64,000 nucleotides of DNA from Candidatus Latescibacterota bacterium (lineage in GTDB: Bacteria; Latescibacterota; UBA2968; UBA8231): NCBI GenBank assembly GCA_965204725.1, contig OZ242005.1:5120001-5184000 (forward strand), in the 5' to 3' direction. The stretch's first letter is position 1, and each line of letters starts with the position of its first letter. This document shows positions 9,915 to 25,010 of the stretch, piece after piece. Both the position numbers and the translations under genes were made by a program. The notes beneath the pieces are model-generated. The model was not told where the DNA came from. It saw only the letters and a list, made by a program, of their open reading frames with translations, and ran no database searches.

Positions 9915-10704
9915 CGCAAGCCCGCAAACAGGCGTTTAAGTACCCCCGGCTCTCGGCCGCAATCGTCGCCACCTGTCCCAAGTCGTACTCCCTCGCGCCG
10001 ATCACTTCTAGGTTGGCCGCCACGTCTAGGCCGTTGTCGTGCAGCACTTTGACGTATCCGAACAAGTCGATATCGCCGCGCCCACACGCTTGCAATTCCG
10101 GTTCGCCCGGCCCGCCGGCTGCCACCGCGCAATCCCGGATATGTACGTGCTTGACCCGCGCAATAACCGCTGCTAGGGCCTCTACCGCATTCTCCCCCGC
10201 CCGATGGATGTGGCTCGGATCCATATCGACGCCAAACCCCGGCGAGTCAATTCGCTCCATCGCCCGCAACGTGGTCGGCGTATCGTAGATGCACTGCCCC
10301 ACGTGCGCCTTGACGCACAGCGTTACGCCGTGTTCGTGTGCCCTATCGGCCATTTTGGCCAACAGCGCGACCTGCCGGTCGAAATCTTCCTCCACATCGC
10401 TTTTGCCCCCCGGGCCGACGTTGACGACCGGAATGCCGATTTCAGCACCGGCCGCAAACGCCTGCATCAAGCGCTCTTCGTCGAGCGCCGCTTCTTCCAT
10501 CGCCAGCAATTTTAGCTCGTATTTTTCCGCTAGTTCCTTGATTTGGTTGGCCTGCGCCGACCAGTTGTCCAACTCCAAGTGCTCGCACATGCCCTTGATC
10601 GCCGCGAGCTCGACGCCGTCGTAGCCAGCGAGGTGGATATGGCGCATCGCCGTTTCTAAATCGAATCCGGCAAAGAGCACCGAATTGGCCCCTAAATGAA
10701 TCAT
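9904..10704 (-). CDS. Sugar phosphate isomerase/epimerase (xylose isomerase-like TIM barrel)
   Basis: GYDGVEL, DPSH, HVHIRD, GRGDID, LEVIG; SD GAGGAG before MIHLG. Confidence 0.85.
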   Translation of the reverse strand: MIHLGANSVLFAGFDLETAMRHIHLAGYDGVELAAIKGMCEHLELDNWSAQANQIKELAEKYELKLLAMEEAALDEERLMQAFAAGAEIGIPVVNVGPGGKSDVEEDFDRQVALLAKMADRAHEHGVTLCVKAHVGQCIYDTPTTLRAMERIDSPGFGVDMDPSHIHRAGENAVEALAAVIARVKHVHIRDCAVAAGGPGEPELQACGRGDIDLFGYVKVLHDNGLDVAANLEVIGAREYDLGQVATIAAESRGYLNACLRACGAR

Positions 10705-10761
10705 TTTAGCAAACTCCTCTTGGGTGATAAGCAATTGATTTTACTGAATTACCGAGCGGCT

Positions 10762-10790
10762 AGTATAGGGCGGTGAAAAAGGGGCGTCAA
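10762..10790 (-). promoter_or_regulatory. Sigma70-type promoter for the leftward operon
   Basis: TTGACG-N17-TATACT on the minus strand, about 58 nt upstream of the start codon. Confidence 0.6.
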
Positions 10791-10925
10791 GCGACTGTAG
10801 GGAGAATGCTTGACGGGGTTTGGCCGTTGGTATTTCATCTGTTAATAAAAACCATCGGAGGGTTTTTCTGGGATGGCGTAGTTTCGTCCAGACCTCGGCC
10901 AGACTCTGTTGGTCTAGATATACCG

Positions 10926-11228
10926 CTACGCATTTACCTTATCGAGATCGCGCACCTTGCGCGTAGTGATTTTGAAATCATGCCCCAAGGCACCGAGGAT
11001 ATTGAAAAGTACATCGAAGCTAATTTTTCCGATCTTGGTTCTATTTTCGATCTGGGCAATGCGCGGTTGGGAGACGCCGACCATCTCGGCCAATTGGCCT
11101 TGCGTCAAGCCAAGCCGCTTTCTACTCTGCACGATCTTTGCGATGAGCTGTTCCTTCTGGCGTAGTTCGTTGATATTGACGCCGAGTTCCTCTGCCCATT
11201 GCTCAATGTTTACCTTTTCCCAAGACAT
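10926..11228 (-). CDS. XRE-family HTH antitoxin (HigA-like)
   Basis: RKRLGLTQGQLAEMVGVSQPRIAQIE HTH; follows a RelE-type toxin. Confidence 0.85.
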   Translation of the reverse strand: MSWEKVNIEQWAEELGVNINELRQKEQLIAKIVQSRKRLGLTQGQLAEMVGVSQPRIAQIENRTKIGKISFDVLFNILGALGHDFKITTRKVRDLDKVNA

Positions 11229-11230
11229 TT

Positions 11231-11563
11231 TCAAATCTCCTTCAGTCTGCTGAGAATAAGCCGTCTATCCTTATCGGGAATGGTTTTGGTCTTTTTTTGA
11301 AGCACATGAACCAGATAAATCGCATCCCCGCGTTTGATAAAATAGAAGACTCGATAGATATTACGCCGTTCTTTGAAGCGCAGTTCGTGTAAACCGAGAG
11401 CAATATTGAACAGCGGCTTGCTCAACGGCATCTCTAGAATTTCCCCCTGCCTCAGCCGATCAAGTGCCAAGAAGAAATCCTCCTGTAGGCTTTGAGATAA
11501 TCCCTCGACAAATTTCTCGACCGGCGAATTGCCTGAAGCAGTGGTATAGTAGAGGATTTCCAT
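11231..11563 (-). CDS. RelE/ParE-superfamily toxin (HigB / Gp49-like)
   Basis: YTTASGNSPVEKF, GLHELR, YRVFYF, LVHVLQKKTKTIP; toxin-first gene order. Confidence 0.85.
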   Translation of the reverse strand: MEILYYTTASGNSPVEKFVEGLSQSLQEDFFLALDRLRQGEILEMPLSKPLFNIALGLHELRFKERRNIYRVFYFIKRGDAIYLVHVLQKKTKTIPDKDRRLILSRLKEI

Positions 11564-11569
11564 CCTTGA

Positions 11570-11598
11570 ATTATAAGCTGTGTATTATAATCGATCAA
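11570..11598 (-). promoter_or_regulatory. TA promoter with overlapping palindromic operator
   Basis: TTGATC-N17-TATAAT, 6 nt before the ATG; inverted repeat ATTATAA-N8-TTATAAT (11570-11591) overlaps the spacer and -10. Confidence 0.6.
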
Positions 11599-11628
11599 CA
11601 GAGCCTGCTAGGGCTGAAAGGGGGTCTT

Positions 11629-11748
11629 TCCATCCCGCACTCCACCGCTTGCCCGCTGCACATTCGTATAGTATATTCTTTGTTTTCGTTCCCCTCCCCT
11701 CGCGCTACACGAAGCCATGGAAACCCGAGATATCGTCGTCTGCGGTGC
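11629..11748 (+). repeat. Copy 1 of 120-bp direct repeat (uvrA promoter plus first ~10 codons)
   Basis: Aligns without gaps to 13106-13225 with 5 mismatches. Confidence 0.95.
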
Positions 11749-11851
11749 TGGGACAGAATGGTTCCTCACTCATCTGAAGTTCCTCGACTCGACTGCCGAA
11801 CTACTCGGCCTCAAGACCCACTTCGCAATCGACGACTCGGACAGCGATTAG
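11717..11851 (+). pseudogene. 44-aa chimeric ORF: UvrA N-terminus joined to a foreign C-terminal fragment
   Basis: METRDIVVCGA (uvrA-derived) followed by GTEWFLTHLKFLDSTAELLGLKTHFAIDDSDSD*. Confidence 0.5.
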
Positions 11852-11880
11852 AACGCACTAAATCTAACGGGAGTATTGCC

Positions 11881-13086
11881 GTGGTCATCGAAGAAATTCG
11901 CATCCGAAACTTTAAGGCGTTAAGAGATGTTCAGCTAAAGAACCTGCCTGCACTGGCGGTGTTTATCGGCAAAAACGGGACCGGCAAAACCACCTTGTTT
12001 CGCGTTTTTGCGTTTCTGAAAAACTGTTTGTCCGACAACGTCCGCATTGCGTTGCAAAACGAAGGCGGATTCAGAGGGTTCAAGGAAGTTATTACGCGCG
12101 ATGTGGACCCCGCGGAAAGCATTGTCATCGAATTCAAGTTTCGCTTGACGATAGCAGAAAAAGAGCGCCTTGTGACCTACCATTTGGAAATCGGCTTACA
12201 AGACGAAAAACCAATCGTGCGCCGCGAGGTACTGCGCTATAAACGGTCCTCTTATGGCAAGCCTTTTCACTTTCTCGACTTTTTCGCCGGCAGAGGCAAA
12301 GCCGTCAGTAACGAAGAAGATTTTAGCAAACCCGACGCCGAACTCACGCGAGAGGAACAAGTGGTTGCCCCCGACGTGTTGGCGATTGGCGGCCTCGGGC
12401 AATTGGAGCGTTTCAAGGCGGCGAAAGAACTCCGCGACCTAATCGAAAACTGGCATATTTCGGATTTTCACATCAGCCAAGCACGCGGTAAGAAAAGCCA
12501 TCAAGAGGGCCTCCACCTCTCCAGCTCAGGGGATAACTTACCTTCGGTTGCTTTCCAATTGAGAGAAGACCATCCAGATATTTTTGCGACCGTCCTACAA
12601 AAAATGCGCGACAGGGTGCCGGGCGTCTCGGATATTGAGGCCAAAGTCGGCGACGATGGGAGCTTGCTAATCCGCTACGCCGATGGTGCTTTCAAAGACC
12701 CTTTCTTGGACTTCAATGTCTCCGACGGCACCATCAAAATGTTTGCTTACATGTTGCTGTTGCACGAGCCTAAACCACACAAAGTTCTCTGCGTCGAAGA
12801 ACCTGAAAACCAGCTATATCCACTACTAATGAGTTTGCTTGCAGAAGAATTTGCAGAGTACGCCCATAGAGGCGGGCAGGTGTTCGTCTCCACGCACTCG
12901 CCGCAGTTTCTAAACGCCATACCGCTAGAAAACCTGTATTACATAGAGAAAATCGACGGTACATCGGTCATTGCCCCCTTTACCGACGATCCACTAAGCA
13001 GAAGCCAAATGGAGGCCGGAGATAAAGCCGGCTATCTGTGGGAACAGGGTCTGCTCACCGGCTTCGGCGAAAGGGCTACAACGTGA
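11881..13086 (+). CDS. AAA_21 / COG4637-type ABC ATPase
   Basis: IRIRNFKAL, GKNGTGKT, SDGTIK, VEEPENQLYP, STHSP; GTG start with SD GGGAG. Confidence 0.88.
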   Translation: MVIEEIRIRNFKALRDVQLKNLPALAVFIGKNGTGKTTLFRVFAFLKNCLSDNVRIALQNEGGFRGFKEVITRDVDPAESIVIEFKFRLTIAEKERLVTYHLEIGLQDEKPIVRREVLRYKRSSYGKPFHFLDFFAGRGKAVSNEEDFSKPDAELTREEQVVAPDVLAIGGLGQLERFKAAKELRDLIENWHISDFHISQARGKKSHQEGLHLSSSGDNLPSVAFQLREDHPDIFATVLQKMRDRVPGVSDIEAKVGDDGSLLIRYADGAFKDPFLDFNVSDGTIKMFAYMLLLHEPKPHKVLCVEEPENQLYPLLMSLLAEEFAEYAHRGGQVFVSTHSPQFLNAIPLENLYYIEKIDGTSVIAPFTDDPLSRSQMEAGDKAGYLWEQGLLTGFGERATT

Positions 13087-13125
13087 TTGTCTAAAACCCC
13101 CTCGCTCCATCCCGCACCCCACCGC

Positions 13126-13154
13126 TTGCCCGCTGCACATCCGTATAGTATATT
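13126..13154 (+). promoter_or_regulatory. uvrA promoter with candidate SOS box in the spacer
   Basis: TTGCCC-N17-TATATT; spacer contains CTGCACATCCGTATAG, similar in sequence and position to a motif in the recA promoter. Confidence 0.5.
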
Positions 13155-13193
13155 CTTTGTTTCCGTTCTCCTCCCCTCGCGCTACACGAAGCC

Positions 13194-18859
<5,666 letters not shown>

Positions 18860-18863
<4 letters not shown>

Positions 18864-19513
18864 GCGATTTGCACCTGCCCCAACGCGCCTTTTTCGAGTT
18901 TTCCTTTTGCTGCTCGCGGCGGCAGAAGCCGCCCAAGATCGACGGCAACTTGCGCGATTGGGACGCCGCCGAGCGCGTGCCCGACCTGATGGCCGTCGAT
19001 GGCCACAAGCCCTTTGCCTCCGTCTATATGGCCTACGACGACAGCGGCCTGTACTTTGCCTGCGCGGTCAAGAACAAGACGAAGTACCAGCTCAACCCGC
19101 TGCAACCGGCGGCCGGCGACAGCCTCGAACTGTTCATCGACACCCGCGACATCAAGGAGCATCGCGCCAACCGCTTTTGCCATCGGTTTTACGTCTTGCC
19201 CGGCGGCAGCGGCCAAGGGGGCAAGCAACCCATTGCCCGCCAGACCTCCATTGCAGACGCCCGCGAACAGGCCCCGCCCTGCCCGGAGGACTCCATCGAA
19301 ACCGGCCTGCGCCGGCTCAAGCGGAGCTATCAGTTGGAGATCAAACTGCCGGCGGCCGGCCTCAATGGTTTTGCCCCGAGGGAGTTCAGCCGAGTGGGGT
19401 TTGCGTACCTGTTGCACGACGTGCAGCACGGCACCCAATCTTGGTCGTCCATCCCAGACCTAGGAGTAGAGCGCGATCCGAGCACTTGGGGCACGGCCGA
19501 ACTGGTGGGCTAG
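18860..19513 (+). CDS. CBM9-like / DOMON-like sugar-binding domain protein
   Basis: PKIDGNLRDW, YMAYDDSGLYF, GDSLELFIDTR, YQLEIKLP, PSTWGT; ATGA overlap with uvrA. Confidence 0.65.
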
Positions 19514-19581
19514 GACAGTCGGCGGCCTTTTGCCTATATTTACAATGAATTTTCATCCGCGCCTTTACCTAAGACCATGCC

Positions 19582-22152
19582 ATGCCTAATTCCGCTGTAA
19601 TCCACCGGGTCGCCGGGGTGGGGATTTTCGTGCTGACCTTGGGGATGTACGTCAAGACCCTCGCGCCCACCGTGTCGTTTTGGGACTGCGGCGAGTTCAT
19701 CGCCACGTCCTATATCCTCGGGGTGCCCCATCCTCCGGGCGCTCCGTTGTACGTGCTGTTGGGGCGCGTCTTCACGTTGTTCCCCATCGGCGAGGTCGCC
19801 CTCCGCGTCAACTTCATGTCCGCGCTGACCTCCGCGCTGGCAATCTGGTGCGTCTATCTGTCGACCGTCGCGCTGGGGCGGCGGGCGTTGGGCGGCCAGC
19901 CCTTGCAACCGCTCGGCGACGCCCGCGACATCGGCGTCCTCGCCGGGGGGGCCGTGGCCGCGCTGACGTTGGCGTTTTCCTACACCCAGTGGTACAATGC
20001 CTCCGAAGCCGAGGTCTATGGGTACTCCATCTTGTTCACGTGTCTGGGGCTGTGGCTGATTCTCTACTGGGAAGGCAGCGGGGCCGGGGCCGCCAACGAC
20101 CGCTGGCTGTTGGTGCTGGCGTATTTGTTTGGGCTCGGCGGCGGCTTGCACCTGTTGTGCCTGCTGACGATTCCATCGCTCATGCTGCTGGCGTGGTTTG
20201 CCGACCGCGGGCTGCGGCAACTCATCGTGCTGTTGATAGCATGGGGCGTGGTCGGCGGGCTGGGGCTGGTGGTGTTGGGGCCGGGGGCGCAGTCGAATGG
20301 GGTGCTGGGGCTGGGGCTGGTCGGGCTGCTGGCTTACCTGTACGGCCGCGACCGCCGGCTGTTTGTCCTGCTGCTAGGCGTCCTCGTGCTGTTCGCGCTG
20401 GGCTATTCCACATACAGTGCGCTGTACATTCGCTCCGGCCTAAATCCGGCCATTGACGAAAACGATCCCGAGACGTGGTCGGCGTTTGTCAAGTTTCTCA
20501 ACCGCGAGCAATACGGCACCGAGAGCATGCTGACGACCATGCTGACGGCGCGGGCGAGCCGCACCTATCAGTTTTGGGATCAGCAGATGAAATACTTTTT
20601 TCAGCAGTTTCCCTTTCCGCTGTTGGAGCGGACCGTAGAGTTCCGCAAGGCCACCATTAACCTGCCGGAACAGGTGGCCGTTTCGCTGGTGCCGTACTTG
20701 CTGGGGCTGTGGGGGCTGTTGTGGCACGGGCGGCAGGACTGGCGGCGGTTTGGGGGCGTGTTGGTGCTGTTCTTGGTCATGGGGTTTGGGCTGTCGCTCT
20801 ACCTGAACATGCCCGACCCGCAGCCGCGCGAGCGGCACTACGTGTTTGGGGGCATGTACTTGGCGTTCGCGCTGTGGATGGGGTTGGGCTGGCTGGGCGT
20901 GGTGGAAGCGGTGCGGCAGCAGTGGGTGCGGCATCGGGCGGCCGTAGTCGCGGTGGCCGCGGCTGGGTTGTTGCTGCCGGCCGGAGTGGCGGCGAAGCTC
21001 TATCACGTGGAAGACCGCACGGGCGACTTTATTGCCTACGATTACGCGCACAACATGCTGACGGGCTGCGAGGAAGGCTCCATCCTGTTCACCAATGGCG
21101 ACAACGACACGTTTCCGCTGTGGTTTTTGCAGGAGGTGGAACAGGTGCGCCGAGACGTGCGGGTGGTCAACCTGAGCTTGTTGAACACCAACTGGTACAT
21201 CAAGCAACTGCGCGACCGCGAACCGCGCATCGACATCCGCTATACAGACGACTTCATCGACTCAGTGCTCACCGACACGCAGATGGTCGATTTATACAAA
21301 CGGTACTGGCCCGATCCCAAGGTGCCGCCGGAGTTCAAAAAACTGGGCATCGACCTAGAAGTGAGCACCCCCCCCGAGTTCCCAATCCTCCGCGTCCAAG
21401 ACGTCATGGTCATCAAAATTCTGGCTTGGAACGAGTGGAAAAAACCCATTCACTTTGCCATCACCGTTCCCTCCAGCAACCTGCTCAACCTCGACCCGCA
21501 CCTGACGATGGTCGGCATGAGCGTAAAGGTCTCGCCCGAGCCCACAGACGGCGTAGATGCCGAGGCCCTAGAGCGCAATCTCCTCGAAAAATACCGCTTC
21601 CGCGGCCTCAACGATCCATCCTTGTACAAGGACGAAAACTCCGAGCGCCTCTTGGGCAACTACTGGGCTTGCGCCTTGCAACTGGCCCGCAGCTACGAGG
21701 AGCAGGGCCGCCGGGCCGAGGTGCCGCAGCTCATGCAGTGGGCGCGGGACAACATCTATCTGAGCTGGGAAAACCACTATACGGCGGCTGATTACTTCAG
21801 CGAGCTCGGGCAGTACGACATAGCGACCGAGCACCTCTACGAGGCCGCTCGGTTTCTCATTGAGCGCGTGGGCACTGAGCCTGCCGCCACCTACGACAAC
21901 ATCGTCGCGCTGGCCGGATTGCTGACCCAAGAACCCTATTTGGCCTACGAGCGCGCCGAGGGCCTTTATCGCCAAGCCATTGCCCTCGCGCCGCCCCGCT
22001 GGGAGGGCTACTACGAGTTGGCTGTCGTCCGCCAAGCTAAGGGCGATGTGGCCGGGGCCTTGGCCATCCTCCAACAGTACAAAGAGCAATACGGCGAGCG
22101 ACCGGAGTTGGTCGAGGCCGAGCGCATCCTCCGCCAGTCCGTTGCTCCATGA
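19582..22152 (+). CDS. DUF2723 (GT117 / TMEM260-like) membrane glycosyltransferase with C-terminal TPRs
   Basis: TLAPTVSFWDCGEF, GVPHPPGAPLY, EAEVY, QPRERHY, FTNGDNDTFPLW, NLSLLNT.WY. Confidence 0.9.
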   Translation: MPNSAVIHRVAGVGIFVLTLGMYVKTLAPTVSFWDCGEFIATSYILGVPHPPGAPLYVLLGRVFTLFPIGEVALRVNFMSALTSALAIWCVYLSTVALGRRALGGQPLQPLGDARDIGVLAGGAVAALTLAFSYTQWYNASEAEVYGYSILFTCLGLWLILYWEGSGAGAANDRWLLVLAYLFGLGGGLHLLCLLTIPSLMLLAWFADRGLRQLIVLLIAWGVVGGLGLVVLGPGAQSNGVLGLGLVGLLAYLYGRDRRLFVLLLGVLVLFALGYSTYSALYIRSGLNPAIDENDPETWSAFVKFLNREQYGTESMLTTMLTARASRTYQFWDQQMKYFFQQFPFPLLERTVEFRKATINLPEQVAVSLVPYLLGLWGLLWHGRQDWRRFGGVLVLFLVMGFGLSLYLNMPDPQPRERHYVFGGMYLAFALWMGLGWLGVVEAVRQQWVRHRAAVVAVAAAGLLLPAGVAAKLYHVEDRTGDFIAYDYAHNMLTGCEEGSILFTNGDNDTFPLWFLQEVEQVRRDVRVVNLSLLNTNWYIKQLRDREPRIDIRYTDDFIDSVLTDTQMVDLYKRYWPDPKVPPEFKKLGIDLEVSTPPEFPILRVQDVMVIKILAWNEWKKPIHFAITVPSSNLLNLDPHLTMVGMSVKVSPEPTDGVDAEALERNLLEKYRFRGLNDPSLYKDENSERLLGNYWACALQLARSYEEQGRRAEVPQLMQWARDNIYLSWENHYTAADYFSELGQYDIATEHLYEAARFLIERVGTEPAATYDNIVALAGLLTQEPYLAYERAEGLYRQAIALAPPRWEGYYELAVVRQAKGDVAGALAILQQYKEQYGERPELVEAERILRQSVAP

Positions 22153-23189
22153 CCGAGGCCGTCACCGTCGTCATTCCGCACTACCGTGCGGACGTGCTCT
22201 ACGACTGCGTGGCCTCGGTCTATGCCCACAGCGATCATCCGGTTTGTGTCCTCGTCGTTGACGACGGCGGCAACGCCCCGAGCTTGCAGCGCGCCCAAGC
22301 CGCCTTCCCCGCGCTGGCGGTCTTGAGCAACGAGCGCAATCTGGGGTTTGCCGCGGCCTGCAACCGGGGGTTGGCGGCCGTCCGCACTCGCTACGCCGTA
22401 CTGCTCAACGACGACACCCGCGTCGGCCCGAACTGGCTCGCTCCCCTCGTGGCAATGGCCGACGGCAATCCCCAGATCGCCGCCTGCCAGCCCAAGCTGC
22501 GCTCGGCCAGTGCGCCCGAGTGCTTTGATTACAGCGGCGGGGCCGGTGGCTACATCGACGCCTTGGGGTACGCTTTTTGTCGGGGGCGGCTCTTCGACCG
22601 CTGCGAGCGCGACGAGGGCCAATACGACGCGGCCGTGCCGATCTTTTGGGCCTGTGGCGCGGCCCTCTTCCTCCGCGTGACCGCGGCCCGCCAAGTCGGT
22701 TTTTTCGACCCCGAATACTTTATGCACTTTGAGGAAGTTGACTTGTGCTGGCGTCTCCAACGCGCCGGCTACCAAATCCGCGCCGTGCCGCAATCGGTGG
22801 TTTTTCACCACTCGGGTTTTTCCCAGCCGCCGGCCACGTTCCGCAAGGCGTACTTCAACCACCGCAATAGCCTCATCACGGTGTGCAAAAACTCGGGGCT
22901 GCGCCGCCTACTGTGGCTGCTGCCCTTGCGCCTGTGGTTGGAGGGATTGGCCGTGCTCTACTACCTCGGCCGAGGCCGGTGGTCCAGCGCCTTGGCCCCT
23001 TGTGCCAGCTTGCTTTGGTGCCTCGTGCATTCGCGCAACATCTATCGCCGCCGCTGCCAGAGCCAAGCCATCCGCGGCGCAGCGGTCGCACCGGCCGGCG
23101 TCTATCCGGGCAGCGTCCTCTACCAGCACTTTGCCCTCCGCGTCCAGCACACCTCGGCACTCGTACCCGAGCCGGCCGCAGCCCGATGA
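22149..23189 (+). CDS. Glycosyltransferase family 2
   Basis: VVDDG, NLGFAAACNRG, LLNDDT, WACGAALF, FMHFEEVDLCWR. Confidence 0.92.
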   Translation: MTEAVTVVIPHYRADVLYDCVASVYAHSDHPVCVLVVDDGGNAPSLQRAQAAFPALAVLSNERNLGFAAACNRGLAAVRTRYAVLLNDDTRVGPNWLAPLVAMADGNPQIAACQPKLRSASAPECFDYSGGAGGYIDALGYAFCRGRLFDRCERDEGQYDAAVPIFWACGAALFLRVTAARQVGFFDPEYFMHFEEVDLCWRLQRAGYQIRAVPQSVVFHHSGFSQPPATFRKAYFNHRNSLITVCKNSGLRRLLWLLPLRLWLEGLAVLYYLGRGRWSSALAPCASLLWCLVHSRNIYRRRCQSQAIRGAAVAPAGVYPGSVLYQHFALRVQHTSALVPEPAAAR

Positions 23190-24343
23190 GCCGCGTCGTC
23201 CTCGGGTGCGAACGCCTGCTCGCGGACGCCGGCCCAATCCGCGGTCGGCGCGTCGGCCTGATTACCAATCACTCAGGAGTCGATGCGCGCCTGCAATCCA
23301 CGGCCGACCGGCTACACCAAGCCGATTGCTGTACGCTCGTCGCCTTGTACGGGCCAGAGCACGGGATTCGCGGTGCCGCGCAGGACGGCGAGCGCATCGC
23401 CCACTCCACTGATGCTCGCACCGGCGTACCGGCGTACAGCCTCTACGGTCAAACGCGGTCGCCGGACGCGGCCCTGCTCGCGGGCGTCGAGCTGATGCTC
23501 TTTGACATTCAAGACGTGGGCGCACGCTTTTACACCTATCTCTACACCATGAGCCTGAGCATGGCCGCCTGTGCCCAAGCGGGCATCCCCTTCCTCGTGC
23601 TCGACCGCCCCAACCCCTTGGGTGGCCAAGCCATCGCCGGCAATTGTCTCGACCCGGCGTTTGCCTCGTTTGTTGGGCAGTACCCGATTCCAGTGCGCTA
23701 TGGGCTGAGCATCGGCGAGCTCGCCCGGCTCTTCAACGAGGAATACGGAATCGGCGCGGAACTGCACGTCGTGGCTATGGAGGGTTGGCAACGCTCCTTT
23801 TACTGGGAAGATACCGGCCTGCCGTGGGTCCCGCCGTCGCCCAACATGCCCAGCCCGGAGACGGCCGTGGTCTATCCGGGAACCTGTTTTTTTGAAGGGA
23901 CGAATGTGTCTGAAGGACGGGGGACAGCCAAGCCTTTTGAGCAGTTTGGCGCGCCGTTTATCGACGGGGCGCACCTAGCCGACGCGCTCAACAGCCGCGC
24001 GCTGCCCGGGGTGGGCTTTCGCCCGGTGTTTTTCCAGCCAGCGGCCGGTAAGTACGCGGGCGAACCCTGCGAGGGCGTCCAAGTCCACGTCCTCGATCGC
24101 GCCGCCTTTGAGCCGGTCGGCGTTGGCTTTGAGGCCCTCGCGGCCGTGCGGCGGCTCTACCCGCGTGAATTCGCTTGGCGCGTACCGGCCGGTGGCATCC
24201 ACAACTTCGACCGCCTCGCCGGCACCGACCAAATCCGCCGCGCACTCGACGCGGGCGCGGTCGTCGCCGAGCTACAGGCCGCTTGGGTCGAGGCGTGCCA
24301 AGCCTTTGACGCGATTCGCCGCCGCTACTGGGCGTACCCTTGA
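23186..24343 (+). CDS. DUF1343 exo-beta-N-acetylmuramidase NamZ family
   Basis: GLITNHSG, PEHGIRG, FDIQDVGARFYTY, LDRPNP, WVPPSPNMP, SEGRGT; ATGA overlap with the GT2 gene. Confidence 0.92.
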   Translation: MSRVVLGCERLLADAGPIRGRRVGLITNHSGVDARLQSTADRLHQADCCTLVALYGPEHGIRGAAQDGERIAHSTDARTGVPAYSLYGQTRSPDAALLAGVELMLFDIQDVGARFYTYLYTMSLSMAACAQAGIPFLVLDRPNPLGGQAIAGNCLDPAFASFVGQYPIPVRYGLSIGELARLFNEEYGIGAELHVVAMEGWQRSFYWEDTGLPWVPPSPNMPSPETAVVYPGTCFFEGTNVSEGRGTAKPFEQFGAPFIDGAHLADALNSRALPGVGFRPVFFQPAAGKYAGEPCEGVQVHVLDRAAFEPVGVGFEALAAVRRLYPREFAWRVPAGGIHNFDRLAGTDQIRRALDAGAVVAELQAAWVEACQAFDAIRRRYWAYP

Positions 24344-24411
24344 GCGCGGTTGTCCGGCCACGCGGTCTTTGTTATCGTCCATAGCAGCACGCGCTACCCC
24401 TGATATCTGCC

Positions 24412-25002
24412 ATGCCCGCACCACTCCAAACCGGCACCCTGTTGGTCGCTACTCCGGCGCACGAATCGCTGGCCTTCGACCGCGCGGTCGTGCTCATCAC
24501 CCGCTATAGCGAAGAAGACATCACCATGGGCTTGGTGATCAACCGGCCCCTCGGCGAGCAGGTCCGGCGCTACACGGCCGAATCCCTGCAACACCTCGCG
24601 GGCAGCGAAGAGGCCCATGCGGAATTGGGGCGGATATTCTATCAGGGGGGGCCGGTGCGCCCGCACTGGCTTTTCTTTTTGCACCGGCTCGATGGCCTAG
24701 TGGAAGGGGGGACGAAAATCCTCGATGGCCTCTATCTGGGCGGCAGCCTCGACGCCGAGTACGCCGAACCCGAGGTCTTCCAAGCCGACGTGCCGCGGCT
24801 GCGATTTTACTTGGGGTATGCCGGCTGGGAGCCGGGCCAACTCGAAGCCGAGATTCGCGCTGGCACTTGGTTTTTGGCACCGGGCAACGCCGAGCAGGTC
24901 CTCGCGCCCACGCCCGAAACTATATGGCAAACCGTGCTCTACTCCATGGGGGGCAAGTATCGCCCCATCTCCGTATTTCCCAAAGATCCATCCGTCAACT
25001 AA
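24412..25002 (+). CDS. YqgE/AlgH (UPF0301) family protein
   Basis: GTLLVATP, GLVINRP, GGPV, GYAGWEPGQLEAEI..G.W. Confidence 0.9.
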   Translation: MPAPLQTGTLLVATPAHESLAFDRAVVLITRYSEEDITMGLVINRPLGEQVRRYTAESLQHLAGSEEAHAELGRIFYQGGPVRPHWLFFLHRLDGLVEGGTKILDGLYLGGSLDAEYAEPEVFQADVPRLRFYLGYAGWEPGQLEAEIRAGTWFLAPGNAEQVLAPTPETIWQTVLYSMGGKYRPISVFPKDPSVN

Positions 25003-25010
25003 TCAGCTAA

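Noticed and set aside
8674-9939. 421-aa plus-strand ORF and the many other long antisense or shifted ORFs (e.g. 17234-18268, 20709-21791, 54070-55014)
   Set aside because: Shadow ORFs of well-supported genes in GC-rich DNA; Arg/Pro/Ala-rich with no family motifs
11464-11880. 139-aa N-terminal extension of the ATPase ORF (540-aa call)
   Set aside because: It overlaps higB on the opposite strand and runs through the duplicated promoter; the ATPase motif begins at GTG 11881, which has its own SD
10926-13105. Prophage or IS element
   Set aside because: No transposase, integrase, terminal inverted repeats or phage structural genes
20220-21000. G-rich low-complexity repeats (CTGGGG)n
   Set aside because: Explained by Leu/Gly/Val codons in TM helices of the DUF2723 protein
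22883-23185. Long N-terminal extensions in ORF-track calls for the NamZ, creatininase, PhyH, GT2 (44769), recA and M28-FtsX genes
   Set aside because: They overlap neighbouring genes or promoters; downstream ATGs with SD or coupling match the start of family motifs
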